Below are positions 22,237 to 31,810 of a stretch of DNA of 64,000 bases, piece after piece (the stretch's first letter is position 1; every line of letters starts with the position of its first letter). A model generated the notes under the pieces. The model was not told the origin of the DNA. It made no database searches and was given only the letters and a program-made list of their open reading frames with translations. The stretch comes from Anaeromyxobacter sp. (GTDB taxonomy: Bacteria; Myxococcota; Myxococcia; Myxococcales; Anaeromyxobacteraceae), in contig JASGJN010000023.1 of assembly GCA_049840735.1 (NCBI GenBank), positions 96,001-160,000 on the forward strand, given 5' to 3'. Position numbers and translations under genes: made by a program.

Positions 22237-22955
22237 AGCAGCGACCCGAGGCCCTGCGCCAGCCGGGTGATGGCCTTGGCGAGCTCGGGGGCCCGCTCGG
22301 CGGCGTCCTTCACGTGCACGCCGGAGAGGGCCAGGGCCGCGCCGACGCCGGGGACCTTCATGGCGTCGAAGCCGGTGAAGTCCTTGGACACGCTCTGGCT
22401 GAGCGAGGAGCCCTGCTCCACCAGCTGGGTGGAGGTCTCCGGCACCTTGGCCAGGAAGCCGCCCACCACGGTGGCGCTGGCCGCCCCCTTGGTCGCGAAC
22501 GCCAGCTCCTCCTCGGACAGCGAGGCCATCTTCTTCTTGAGCGCGAGCAGCGCCAGCGACTGCTCCTCGCTGAGCTGGTCGGGCGGGGTGTCGCCGACGA
22601 TCTCCTTCGCGGCGTCCTTCATGGCGCCGGAGGCCGCGATGTTCCGGGCGTAGCCCTTGAGCGAGGTGGTCAGGGTGTCGGTCGTCGCCTGCGAGACGAT
22701 CATCCCGGCGTCCATGAAGGCGGCGTCCTGGAGGAACTGGTCGTAGCGGGCCTTGCCCGTCGGCTGCCACTCCACCTTCTTGGAGGCGAGCGGATCGGCG
22801 CCCAGGATCGGCACCTCGCCGAAGGCGCCCTTGATGGAGTCGAGGGTGACGCGCTTGGCGCCGGCGGCCCGCGAGGCGGTCGGCGCGACGAGGACCACGG
22901 CCAGGGCCAGCAGGGCGACCGCCCGTGCGGAACGCGAAGGATCGAGGAAGTGCAT
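22233..22955 (-). CDS. Hypothetical secreted alpha-helical protein
   Basis: Signal peptide (RAVALLALAVVLVAPTASRA); AGGTGGAG RBS; strong codon bias; no recognised domain. Confidence 0.75.
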   Translation of the reverse strand: MHFLDPSRSARAVALLALAVVLVAPTASRAAGAKRVTLDSIKGAFGEVPILGADPLASKKVEWQPTGKARYDQFLQDAAFMDAGMIVSQATTDTLTTSLKGYARNIAASGAMKDAAKEIVGDTPPDQLSEEQSLALLALKKKMASLSEEELAFATKGAASATVVGGFLAKVPETSTQLVEQGSSLSQSVSKDFTGFDAMKVPGVGAALALSGVHVKDAAERAPELAKAITRLAQGLGSLL

Positions 22956-23169
22956 GTCGTCTCCACCTGACCGGGAGCGCGCGCGCGAGGCCCACCCCTC
23001 CAGCGCCTCGTCCCGGAGCGTGGCGCGCACGCTAGACCGTTTGCCTCGGGTGATGCAACGGCGATGCGCCCGAGCGGCGGCGGCGAGCTTTGTGACCGGT
23101 CGAACCTCGGCCGTTTCGCCGCAGGCGGCCGCGGGACGGCCCGCGCGGCCGGCGCGCCGGCCCCGTGCG

Positions 23170-25164
23170 TCAGGCCTGGAGCGGGATCGAGACCACCGCC
23201 ATGGGGATGCCGTCGCGCTGCAGGCGCGTCTGCAGCGCGACCGCGAGGTCGTCCCGCAGCAGCGGATCGACGGCGGAGGCGTCCAGCGCCGACCGGAAGC
23301 CGATCACGACGCCCTGGCCGCGGCGATCGCGGAGGAGCTCGGTCACGAGCGCCGCCTGCGTCTCGATCACGTCGGCGCCGCGCCGGAGCTCGACGGCCAC
23401 CGGCAGGCCGGCGCGCCGCACCTCCGCCGCCAGCCGGTCGAGCCCGAGGCGGCGGGCGCGCTCCACCTGCCGGAGCTGCGCCTCGCCCTGCACCGCCTCC
23501 ACGTCGAGCAGCGCCACGCTGGCCAGGACGACGCCGCCCAGGCCGGCCGGGAGCCGCGCCAGCCAGGTCAGCGCGACGCGCGCCAGGTCGGTCCGCTCGT
23601 CGAGCACCAGCACCGCCACCGGCGCGTCCCGCGCGATGAGATCGCCGGTGCTCGCCGGCGGCGGGCGGCGCTCGGGTGGCACCACCGGGGGCTGGGCCGA
23701 GCCCTGCGCCCGGTCCACCGCGTGGGCGAGCGCGCCGTAGCGGCGCCTCACGGTCGAGGCGAACAGCACGGTCGCGGCGATGAGCGCCAGCGTCACCGCG
23801 GCGCCGGCGCGCCACGAGGCGACGCTTCCGCCCAGGATGGCCAGGCACATGGCCAGCGCCACGGCGTGCACCAGCGCGTCCGCGCTCCAGGGGACGCGCA
23901 GCAGCCGCCGCCGGAGGGCGTGGCGCAGCATCGTCCACTGGCTGATCGTGAACGTGACGAAGACGCTGATCACGAACACGGCGATGAGCGGCTCGAGTCG
24001 TGCCCCGGTGAGCGCCGTGGCCGCGAGCGCCACCGCCGCGATGACCAGGATGCCCGGCGCCGGCGCGAGCCGGCCGTTGAGCCGGGTCAGGCGCTGGGGG
24101 AGGAACCGGTCGGTGGCGAGCGCGCCCAGGATGCGGGGGCCGTCCACGAACCCGGTCTGCGCCGCCATGACGAGCAGGGCGGCCTCGGACGCCAGCGGCA
24201 CGGCCACGGCGGCGCGGGCCAGCGCGCCGTCGCCGAACAGCCCGGACACGTGCTCGAAGAGGATGGCGTTCATGGGCCGATCGCCGGCGGGCCGCACGTC
24301 GTAGAGCACGAAGGCGGTGAGGATGACGGCGATGATCACCGCGGGGATCCCGGCCAGCAGCGCCATGGTCCGGCGGGCCGAGCGCACCTTGGGATCGCGG
24401 AGGATGGGCACGCCGTTGGAGATCGACTCCAGGCCGGTGTAGATGGCGCCCCCCAGGGCGTAGGCGCGGAGCACGGTCCCCAGCGCGCCCAGGGTGCCCT
24501 GCTCGCCCGCGAGCCGGGCCAGGTCCGCCGGGACGGGCGCCACCACGCCGGGCAGCGCCCCGGCCCGGTCCGCCACCGCCAGCCCCAGCACCCACACGTG
24601 CGAGACCACGAAGGCGATCACGATGGGGATGAGGACCGCCACCGACTCCTTCACGCCGCGCAGGTTGAGGACCGCGAGGAGGAGCACGAGCGCCACCGCG
24701 ACCGGGAGCCGGGCCGCCGCCCAGGCCTCGGGCAGGAGCGCGGCCGCGGCCTCGACGCAGGTCACCACCGAGACGGCGACATTGAACCCGGCGTCGAAGA
24801 CCAGCGCCACGCCGGAGACGAGGGCGAGCCGCTCGCCCACCACGTGCTTCGCGGCGGTGTACCCCCCGCCACCGTGCGGGAAGTGCGCCACCATGCGCGT
24901 GTAGGCGTAGGCGAGGACCCCCAGGGTGAGGAGCGTGGCGAGGCCTGCCACCACCAGCACCGAGCGGTGCCCGGCGCTGGCCCGCGTGAGCACGTCGGGG
25001 CCGTAGACGCAGGACCCCAGCAGATCCCCGCCCATGGCGATCCAGGCCATGAGGACGCCGACGGTGACCCGCTCGAAGATCCGCGGATCGTTGACGTCGT
25101 GGTCCGCGCCGAGGACGGCCTCCCGGAGCTGGCGCAGGGGCTTCACCCCCTGGACGATGCGCAT
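23170..25164 (-). CDS. APC-superfamily permease (KimA/YdaO-like)
   Basis: About 12 TM helices; GDLLGSCVYGP, HFPHGGGGY, LNLRGVKES, YTGLESISNGVP, AAQTGFVDGPR; C-terminal soluble domain. Confidence 0.85.
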   Translation of the reverse strand: MRIVQGVKPLRQLREAVLGADHDVNDPRIFERVTVGVLMAWIAMGGDLLGSCVYGPDVLTRASAGHRSVLVVAGLATLLTLGVLAYAYTRMVAHFPHGGGGYTAAKHVVGERLALVSGVALVFDAGFNVAVSVVTCVEAAAALLPEAWAAARLPVAVALVLLLAVLNLRGVKESVAVLIPIVIAFVVSHVWVLGLAVADRAGALPGVVAPVPADLARLAGEQGTLGALGTVLRAYALGGAIYTGLESISNGVPILRDPKVRSARRTMALLAGIPAVIIAVILTAFVLYDVRPAGDRPMNAILFEHVSGLFGDGALARAAVAVPLASEAALLVMAAQTGFVDGPRILGALATDRFLPQRLTRLNGRLAPAPGILVIAAVALAATALTGARLEPLIAVFVISVFVTFTISQWTMLRHALRRRLLRVPWSADALVHAVALAMCLAILGGSVASWRAGAAVTLALIAATVLFASTVRRRYGALAHAVDRAQGSAQPPVVPPERRPPPASTGDLIARDAPVAVLVLDERTDLARVALTWLARLPAGLGGVVLASVALLDVEAVQGEAQLRQVERARRLGLDRLAAEVRRAGLPVAVELRRGADVIETQAALVTELLRDRRGQGVVIGFRSALDASAVDPLLRDDLAVALQTRLQRDGIPMAVVSIPLQA

Positions 25165-25280
25165 CGCCGGGACGGCGGGCTCGCCCGGCTGGCGGGACGG
25201 GAGCCGAAAGAAGAAAGCCCGATCGCACCCCGGCTCGTTCCGGGAGGCGATCGGGCCCATGACCAACGGCTTGCTGCGCG

Positions 25281-26717
25281 CTACTTCGCGGTGGCCCCCA
25301 GGGCCGGCGCGTGCGCGTGGCCGAGCGCCGCCGGGCTGGCTCCGGCGGTGGAGACGTCCGCCTCGCCGGTCACGTAGGCCCGCTCGCCCGCCTCGGCCTG
25401 GTCGAGGCCCGTCCACTCGTCCTGCTCCTCGGCGCGCAGCGGCGTGATGGCGCCGACCAGCTTGTAGAGCGCGAAGGAGAGGACGCCGGAGAAGATGAGG
25501 GTGACGATCACGCCCACGGCCTGCTTGCCGAGGAGCGCCAGGCTGCCGTCCGCGCCGGCCGGGTTGATGGCGGTGGAGGCGAAGACGCCGGTCAGCAGGG
25601 CGCCCAGCGTGGCGGCCACGCCGTGCACCGCGAACACGTCGAGGGAGTCGTCGAGGCCGAGCTTGGGCCGGACGCTGATGGCGGTGAAGGAGGCCAGGGC
25701 GGCCAGCGCGCCGATGAGCAGGCCGGCCAGCGGGGTCACGAAGCCGGCCGCCGGGGTGATGGCCACCATGCCGGCCACGGCGCCCGAGGCGAGCCCCACG
25801 CCGGAGACCTTGCCGTGCTTCACCAGCTCCGCCAGGCCCCAGGCCGCCGCGGCGGCCGCCGGGGCGAAGAAGGTGTTCACGAAGCCGGTGCCGGCCAGGC
25901 CGTTGGCGGCCAGCGCGCTGCCGCCGTTGAAGCCGAGCCAGCCGAACCAGAGCAGGCCCATGCCCAGGATGGCGAACGGGACGTTGTGCGGCAGCACGGT
26001 CGGCGTCCTCAGGCCGGAGCGCTTCCCGAGCAGGATGGCGCCCACCAGCGCGGCCGCGGCGGCGTTGATGTGCACCACCGTCCCGCCGGCGAAGTCGAGG
26101 ACGCCCAGGCCGCGCAGCCAGCCGCCCGGAGCCCACACCCAGTGCGCGACCGGCGCGTAGACCACCAGGCTCCAGAGGGCGACGAAGAGGATGAAGGCCT
26201 TGATCCGCACGCGCTCGACGATGGCGCCGGAGATGAGGGCCGGCGTGATCACCGCGAACATGGCCTGGAAGAGCATGAAGGCCGAGTGCGGGATGGTGCC
26301 CGCCAGCGACGGCTCCGGCGCGTCACCGACGCCCGAGAGCCCCAGCCAGCCCAGGCCGCCGACCACCGAGTCGAGCGCGCCGCCGGGCGAGAACGCCAGG
26401 CTGTAGCCGATGAGCGCCCAGAGGACGCCCACGATGGCCATGCACACGAGGGAGAGGTTCATCGTGTGCACCACGTTCTTCGAGCGGACCAGGCCGCCGT
26501 AGAAGAAGGCCAGGCCCGGGGTCATCAGCATCACCAGGCCGGCGCTGATCAGCACCAGCGCGGTGTCGCCGGTGTCGGCGGTGGGCGGCGCGTCTGCGGC
26601 GAAGGCGAGCGCCGGCGCAGCCAGCGCCAGGGCGGCGAGGAGCAGCCTCTGCCCCCACCGTCCAGGTCGATGCGGGGCGAGGTCCGTGGCGAGCTCCAGC
26701 CTGGTCGTTCCGTTCAT
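25281..26717 (-). CDS. amtB: Ammonium transporter
   Basis: LMTPGLAFFYGGLVRSKN, FQAMFAVITPALISGA, DFAGGTVVH, LWFGWLGFNGGS, DDSLDVFAVHG. Confidence 0.96.
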   Translation of the reverse strand: MNGTTRLELATDLAPHRPGRWGQRLLLAALALAAPALAFAADAPPTADTGDTALVLISAGLVMLMTPGLAFFYGGLVRSKNVVHTMNLSLVCMAIVGVLWALIGYSLAFSPGGALDSVVGGLGWLGLSGVGDAPEPSLAGTIPHSAFMLFQAMFAVITPALISGAIVERVRIKAFILFVALWSLVVYAPVAHWVWAPGGWLRGLGVLDFAGGTVVHINAAAAALVGAILLGKRSGLRTPTVLPHNVPFAILGMGLLWFGWLGFNGGSALAANGLAGTGFVNTFFAPAAAAAAWGLAELVKHGKVSGVGLASGAVAGMVAITPAAGFVTPLAGLLIGALAALASFTAISVRPKLGLDDSLDVFAVHGVAATLGALLTGVFASTAINPAGADGSLALLGKQAVGVIVTLIFSGVLSFALYKLVGAITPLRAEEQDEWTGLDQAEAGERAYVTGEADVSTAGASPAALGHAHAPALGATAK

Positions 26718-26796
26718 GTCGTCATTCCTCGTTGCCGGCGGCGGGCGGCCCTTCGGCCGCGTTCGGTCGGGAGCGCCGGACCTGGGACAGGCACAC

Positions 26797-26812
26797 TGCA
26801 TCGTGCATGCCC
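26797..26812 (-). promoter_or_regulatory. Putative sigma54 promoter of amtB
   Basis: Minus-strand GGGCATGCACGATGCA (GG-N10-GC), ~80 bp upstream of the start. Confidence 0.55.
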
Positions 26813-27153
26813 GGACCATGCGGAGTGCGGTGGGAGCGGAACTGCGGGTGGGAGGGCCGGTCCGGACCCCGGCGGTCGGCGCCAGCTGCCCGGTTCCCGG
26901 GACGAGGATGCCGCCTGGTCGGGCAGCGGTGGCCTTCGAGGGGGGAGCGGTGCCCGAGGACAGGGCACGAACTCCGGGCGCACGGAGCCCGGTTCGCAGG
27001 CAGCAGGGCAGCGCGCTGCCCTCGCGCGGGGCGCAGGGATGAGGCGGCGCCCAGCGGGCCTGGAGCCGGGCCCGCGCGGCGGCCGCCCCTGGTTCACGCT
27101 TCCGCTGGCGCGCAGCGTCCGCGCCGTGCCATGGATGACTCCCAGGAGAACCG

Positions 27154-27918
27154 ATGGTCCGCCGCCTCCCGCTCGCGCTCACCACCCTGCTCGTCGCGCT
27201 CCCTGCCCTCGCCCAGCCGCCGCGCCAGCCGCTGCGCATCGCGGCGGCGGCCAACCTCAAGACCGCCGCCGAGGCGCTGGAGCAGGCCTTCGAGGCCGAG
27301 CGGCCAGGCGTGGACGTGGTCCTCTCGCTGGGAGCGTCCGGCGTGTTCTACGCACAGATCAGGGAGGGCGCGCCCTTCGACCTGTTCCTCTCGGCGGATC
27401 GCGAGTACCCGGCCAAGCTGGTCGAAGCCGGGCTGGCCTCGGACGAGCAGGTCTACGCGCTCGGGAAGCTGGTGGCCTGGCTGCCGCCGGGCTCGACCGT
27501 GCCGCTGGAGGCCCGGGGGCTCTCCGCGCTGGCCAATCCGGCGGTGAAGCGGATCGCCATCGCCAACCCGGCGGTGGCGCCGTTCGGTCGCGCCACCGAG
27601 GCGGCCTTCAAGGCGGCCGGCGTCCACGAGGCGGTGAAGGGCAAGCTGGTGCTGGGCACCAGCGTGGCGCAGGCGGCGCAGTTCGCCACCACGGGCGCGG
27701 CGGACGTGGCCTTCCTGCCGTACGCGCTCACCCTCGGCCCGGAGCTGGCCGGGGGCCGGACGGTGCCCGTGCCGGAGGCGCTCTACCCGCGCATCGAGCA
27801 GTCCGGCGTGGTGGTCGGGGGCGCCGCCGCTCCCGCCGCCGCGCGCGCCTTCCTGGCCTTCCTCACCGGCGAGAGGGGGCGGTCCATCCTGGCGCGGCTG
27901 GGGTACGGGCTGCCCTGA
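27154..27918 (+). CDS. modA: Molybdate ABC transporter substrate-binding protein
   Basis: IAAAANL, GASG, QIREGAPFDLFLSAD, IAIANPAVAPFG, YPRIEQ. Confidence 0.92.
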   Translation: MVRRLPLALTTLLVALPALAQPPRQPLRIAAAANLKTAAEALEQAFEAERPGVDVVLSLGASGVFYAQIREGAPFDLFLSADREYPAKLVEAGLASDEQVYALGKLVAWLPPGSTVPLEARGLSALANPAVKRIAIANPAVAPFGRATEAAFKAAGVHEAVKGKLVLGTSVAQAAQFATTGAADVAFLPYALTLGPELAGGRTVPVPEALYPRIEQSGVVVGGAAAPAAARAFLAFLTGERGRSILARLGYGLP

Positions 27919-28041
27919 CGGATCCCGACCCCCGCGAGGGTCTGGCCTTCCTCCTCGACCGTCGCCGTTGCACGCCGCCGGCCGCCATCCGCTAGCATGG
28001 GGGCGTCGCCGATCACTGGGCGGCGACGGCAGGGGGCACCG

Positions 28042-29994
28042 GTGACGGGTCGGGCCGAGGATCCCGAGCAGCTCGACGCCTCGCCGGAGGCGCGCGAGGC
28101 GCGGCTGCGCGCGATGGTCGAGCGCGCCGAGGCCGCCTCGAGCGAGAGCGAGGCGCGCCACCGGCGGCTGGTGGACGAGCTGACCGACGGCCTGTTCGTG
28201 GCCGATGCCGAGGGGCGCTACACCGACGTCAACCCGGCCGGCTGCCGGCTGCTGGGCATGACGCGCGAGGAGGTGCTGGGGAGCACCTTCCTCGACGTCC
28301 TCGATCCTGCGGAGATCCCGCGGCTGCCCGGGGCCATCGCGTCCTTCGCCGACGGCAAGGTGCACCGCAGCGAGTGGCGCTACCGCCGCCAGGACGGCTC
28401 CACCTTCATCGGCGAGCTGGACGGGCGGCGGCTGCCGGATGGGCGCTTCCAGGGGCTGCTGCGCGACATCACGGACCGGAAGCAGGCGCAGCAGGCGCTG
28501 GCCGAGAGCGTGGAGGCGGCCCGGGTGCGGGCCGAGCTGGTCGAGCACGCGCCGGTCCTGGTCCGCGACCTGGAGGACCGGATCATCGCCTGGAACGAGG
28601 GGTCGCGCCGGCTGTACGGCTTCACCAAGGACCAGGCGCTGGGGAGGGCGAGCCACGCGCTCCTGTGCACCCGGCCCCCGGCGCCGCTGTCGGAGCTGCG
28701 GCGGACGCTGGAGCGCGACGGGCGGTGGGAGGGGGAGCTGCGGCAGCTGCGGGCCGACGGCCAGGAGCTGGTGGTGGCCACGCAGTGGGTGCTGCACCGG
28801 GACGCCACCGGGGCGCCGGCGGCGGTGGTCGAGGTGAACATCGACGTGACCGAGCGCACCCGGGCCGAGGCGGCGCTCCGCCGCGCCCACGCGCTCCTCT
28901 CCGAGGCCGACCGCCAGAAGACGCACTTCCTGGCCGTGCTCTCGCACGAGCTGCGGAACCCGCTCGCGCCCATCCGGAACGGCATCCACCTGCTGGGCCA
29001 CGCGCCGGCCGACAGCGAGCCGGGGCGCCGGGCGCTCGAGGTCCTCCGGCGCCAGGCCGAGCACCTCACCCGGCTGGTGGACGACCTGCTGGACGTGACC
29101 CGCATCTCGGCCGGGAAGATCGAGCTGCAGCGGCAGCGGGTGGAGCTGCGCGAGGTGGTCCGGGGATCGATCGACGACGCGCGGGGGCTGTTCGAGCGGG
29201 CGGAGGTCCAGCTCCGGGAGGAGGTGGCCACCGGGCCGGCCTGGGTGGACGCCGATCCGACGCGGCTGGCGCAGGTGATCGGCAACCTCCTGCACAACGC
29301 GCAGAAGTTCACGCCGGCCGGGGGCGCGGTGACGGTGCGCCTGGAAGCCGGCGGGCTGGGCGCCCGGCTCCGGATCCGCGACACGGGCGCCGGGATGCCG
29401 CCCGGCCGCGAGCACGAGATGTTCGAGCCGTTCGCCCAGGGTGATCAGGGCGTGGCCCGGACCAAGGGCGGGCTCGGGCTGGGGCTGGCGCTGGTGAAGT
29501 CGCTGGTCGAGATGCACGGCGGGCTGGTCCGGGCCAGGAGCGAGGGGCCGGGGCGCGGGACCGAGTTCGTGGTGGAGCTGCCGCTGGCCGAGGGGCGGGC
29601 AGCGGCGGACCGGAGCGAGCCGCACCGCGGCGGCGGCCGGTCGATCCTGGTCATCGAGGACAACCTGGACACGGCCGAGTCGCTGAAGGACGTGCTGGAG
29701 CTGGCGGGGCACGCGGTCCGCACCGCGCCGGACGGTCTCTCCGGGCTGGCGCGCGCGGCCGAGGAGCGGCCGGAGGTGGTGCTGTGCGACATCGGCCTCC
29801 CGGGCATCGACGGCTACGAGGTGGCGCGGCGGCTCCGCGCCGACCCGGCCATGCAGCGCGTGCGGCTCATCGCGCTCACCGGCTACGCGCAGCCGGAGGA
29901 CCGGCGGCGCGCGGTCGAGGCGGGGTTCGACGCGCACCTGGCCAAGCCGCCGGACCTGGCGCTGCTGCAGAAGCTGATGGGGAACGGGACCTGA
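28042..29994 (+). CDS. Cytoplasmic PAS-PAS hybrid histidine kinase/response regulator
   Basis: Two PAS domains; LSHELRNPL, NLLHNAQKFT, GGLGLGL; receiver IEDN...CDIGLPGIDG...KP; alternative start at 27997. Confidence 0.92.
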   Translation: MTGRAEDPEQLDASPEAREARLRAMVERAEAASSESEARHRRLVDELTDGLFVADAEGRYTDVNPAGCRLLGMTREEVLGSTFLDVLDPAEIPRLPGAIASFADGKVHRSEWRYRRQDGSTFIGELDGRRLPDGRFQGLLRDITDRKQAQQALAESVEAARVRAELVEHAPVLVRDLEDRIIAWNEGSRRLYGFTKDQALGRASHALLCTRPPAPLSELRRTLERDGRWEGELRQLRADGQELVVATQWVLHRDATGAPAAVVEVNIDVTERTRAEAALRRAHALLSEADRQKTHFLAVLSHELRNPLAPIRNGIHLLGHAPADSEPGRRALEVLRRQAEHLTRLVDDLLDVTRISAGKIELQRQRVELREVVRGSIDDARGLFERAEVQLREEVATGPAWVDADPTRLAQVIGNLLHNAQKFTPAGGAVTVRLEAGGLGARLRIRDTGAGMPPGREHEMFEPFAQGDQGVARTKGGLGLGLALVKSLVEMHGGLVRARSEGPGRGTEFVVELPLAEGRAAADRSEPHRGGGRSILVIEDNLDTAESLKDVLELAGHAVRTAPDGLSGLARAAEERPEVVLCDIGLPGIDGYEVARRLRADPAMQRVRLIALTGYAQPEDRRRAVEAGFDAHLAKPPDLALLQKLMGNGT

Positions 29995-30078
29995 GGGCCC
30001 CGGGCGCAGGTGAGCGCGCATAATCCGCAACGGGCCCCGAACGCCGGCCGAACAGGGCGCGCGCAAGGTACGATCGCC

Positions 30079-31038
30079 ATGACAGCCAAGCGATCGACCC
30101 GCCGCGTTGGACCCGCCGTTCCGTGCCGCGGCGCCCGCGCCATTTCCCTCCTCCTGGCTCCGCTGGTCGCGCTGGGCGCAGCGCCGGCGCTGGCGAGCGA
30201 GGCGCCCGAGCCGCCTCCGGCGCTGGTGATGGTCCGCTCGGCGCCGTCGGTGGTCGTCGTGGCCGGGGCGCCGCCGTTCGTGCTGCTCGACGCCGCGGTC
30301 CTGGCGGGCGAGGGCGGGCCGGCGCTCCGCATCGTCTACCTGGCCTCGACGCGCAGCCAGGACGCGCGGGCGGCCGACACCGACGTCCGCTGCACCGGGA
30401 CCGCGGCCGTGCTGCTGGAGCGGCTCGCGCCGGTGCTGGCGGCCGGGGTGGAGCGCGCCGAGGTGGTCGCGGTGTTCGGCGCGTCCGGCGGGTGGGGCGT
30501 GGCGCTGCCGGCGCGGGCCTCGCGGACCGGCGGGCGCTGGGCCCCCGCCGCGCTGGAGGCCTCCCGCCCGGTGCTCCTGCCGGCGCTGCCGGAGCGGCTG
30601 GCCCGGCCGGTGGAAGCGGAGGAGGCGGCGGTCGAGGCCGCGCGGCGCTTCCTGGCGCGGGCCGACGCGGGCGACGCGGATGGCGCCTGGGCCCTGGTCT
30701 CGGCGGCCGCCAGGGCGGAGCTGAGCCGGCAGGCCTTCGGCCAGGCCATCGGGACGCCGCCGTCCGAGGGCCCGCCGCCACAGCGCTGGGAGCGCTTCCG
30801 CCGCTACGAGCTGCGGACCGGGCGGCTCGGGCTGGGCGACGTGGTGGAGGTCTGCCTGGAGGGCGCGGGTGGCCTGGATCGCCTGCAGGTGCGGCTCGAC
30901 GACGATCAGGCCTGGCGGGTGTCGCTCTACGAGCACCGCGAGCCGTCGCCCGGCGGACCGGGCGCCGCGTCCCGCCGCGTGGCGAGCCGCGGCCCGCCGC
31001 AGGCGCAGGCCGTGCCCGGGCCGGCGCTTTCGCTGTAG
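30079..31038 (+). CDS. Hypothetical exported protein, C-terminal DUF4019-like region
   Basis: Hydrophobic leader; AAVEAARRFLARADAGDADGAW...WRV pattern. Confidence 0.55.
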   Translation: MTAKRSTRRVGPAVPCRGARAISLLLAPLVALGAAPALASEAPEPPPALVMVRSAPSVVVVAGAPPFVLLDAAVLAGEGGPALRIVYLASTRSQDARAADTDVRCTGTAAVLLERLAPVLAAGVERAEVVAVFGASGGWGVALPARASRTGGRWAPAALEASRPVLLPALPERLARPVEAEEAAVEAARRFLARADAGDADGAWALVSAAARAELSRQAFGQAIGTPPSEGPPPQRWERFRRYELRTGRLGLGDVVEVCLEGAGGLDRLQVRLDDDQAWRVSLYEHREPSPGGPGAASRRVASRGPPQAQAVPGPALSL

Positions 31039-31056
31039 CCGTGGCGCGCGCCCGGC

Positions 31057-31809
31057 TCAGAGCTCCAGGCGGATGCCCAGCAGCGGCCCGGACAGCGCGA
31101 CGTCGAGCTTGAAGTTCCCCTCGGTCCGGTCCACGGCCAGGTGCCGGTAGCCGGCGAACAGGGTGCCCCAGCCCCACGCGTAGCCGACCGCCCCCAGCGC
31201 CTGCCAGGTCAGGTCGGAGCCGCCCGCGCCGGCGTCCGCGTGCAGGTAGGCGCGCCAGCGCCTCCACTGGTAGTCCGCCCGGACCGCCGCCACGGCGTCG
31301 GCCCACAGGTCGGAGTCGGAGAGCTCGCGGCCGTCCAGCGAGCCCTGCTCCAGCGCCAGCCGCACCTTGAGGCCGTAGGCGCGCGCGCCGCCGGCCAGGT
31401 CCAGGCGCAGGCCGCCGCGATCGAGGAGGTTGTAGCCGGCGAACCCCTGGACGATGTTGCCGAGCACCTGCGCCTCGACCGACTGGTAGAGGTCGTCGCG
31501 GGGCGTGAGGGCGTCGGCGCGGACGTTGGCGTAGGTCCAGTCGCCGAAGGCGATGAACCGGCCGTGCCGCCAGCCCAGGTTCACCATCGCGCCGCCCAGG
31601 CGCAGGTTCGGCTCCAAATCGGGCAGCTCCACGTCGAGCCGGTCGCCCAGCCCGGTGTCGCCCGCCGGCGCGCCCAGCGTGCCGCTCAGGCTGGGCAGCC
31701 AGACGTAGGGCGCGAGGACGCCCTCGCCGTTCGCGCCCTCCGCCCTCCCGGCGGCAGGGGCGCTGGCGAGGAGGAGCGGGAGCAGCGTCAGCGCGCAGCA
31801 GCGCTCCAC
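31057..31809 (-). CDS. Putative outer-membrane beta-barrel protein
   Basis: Signal peptide; PYVWLPSLSG; alternating aromatic/hydrophobic strands; ends GPLLGIRLEL. Confidence 0.75.
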   Translation of the reverse strand: MERCCALTLLPLLLASAPAAGRAEGANGEGVLAPYVWLPSLSGTLGAPAGDTGLGDRLDVELPDLEPNLRLGGAMVNLGWRHGRFIAFGDWTYANVRADALTPRDDLYQSVEAQVLGNIVQGFAGYNLLDRGGLRLDLAGGARAYGLKVRLALEQGSLDGRELSDSDLWADAVAAVRADYQWRRWRAYLHADAGAGGSDLTWQALGAVGYAWGWGTLFAGYRHLAVDRTEGNFKLDVALSGPLLGIRLEL

Positions 31810-31810
31810 C

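Noticed and set aside
26791..26807. NtrC box upstream of amtB
   Set aside because: GCAC-N8-GTGC spacing is one base off the consensus; the overlapping sigma54 reading fits better
26930..27153. Possible Moco riboswitch upstream of modA
   Set aside because: Several GC-rich hairpins but no recognisable conserved motif
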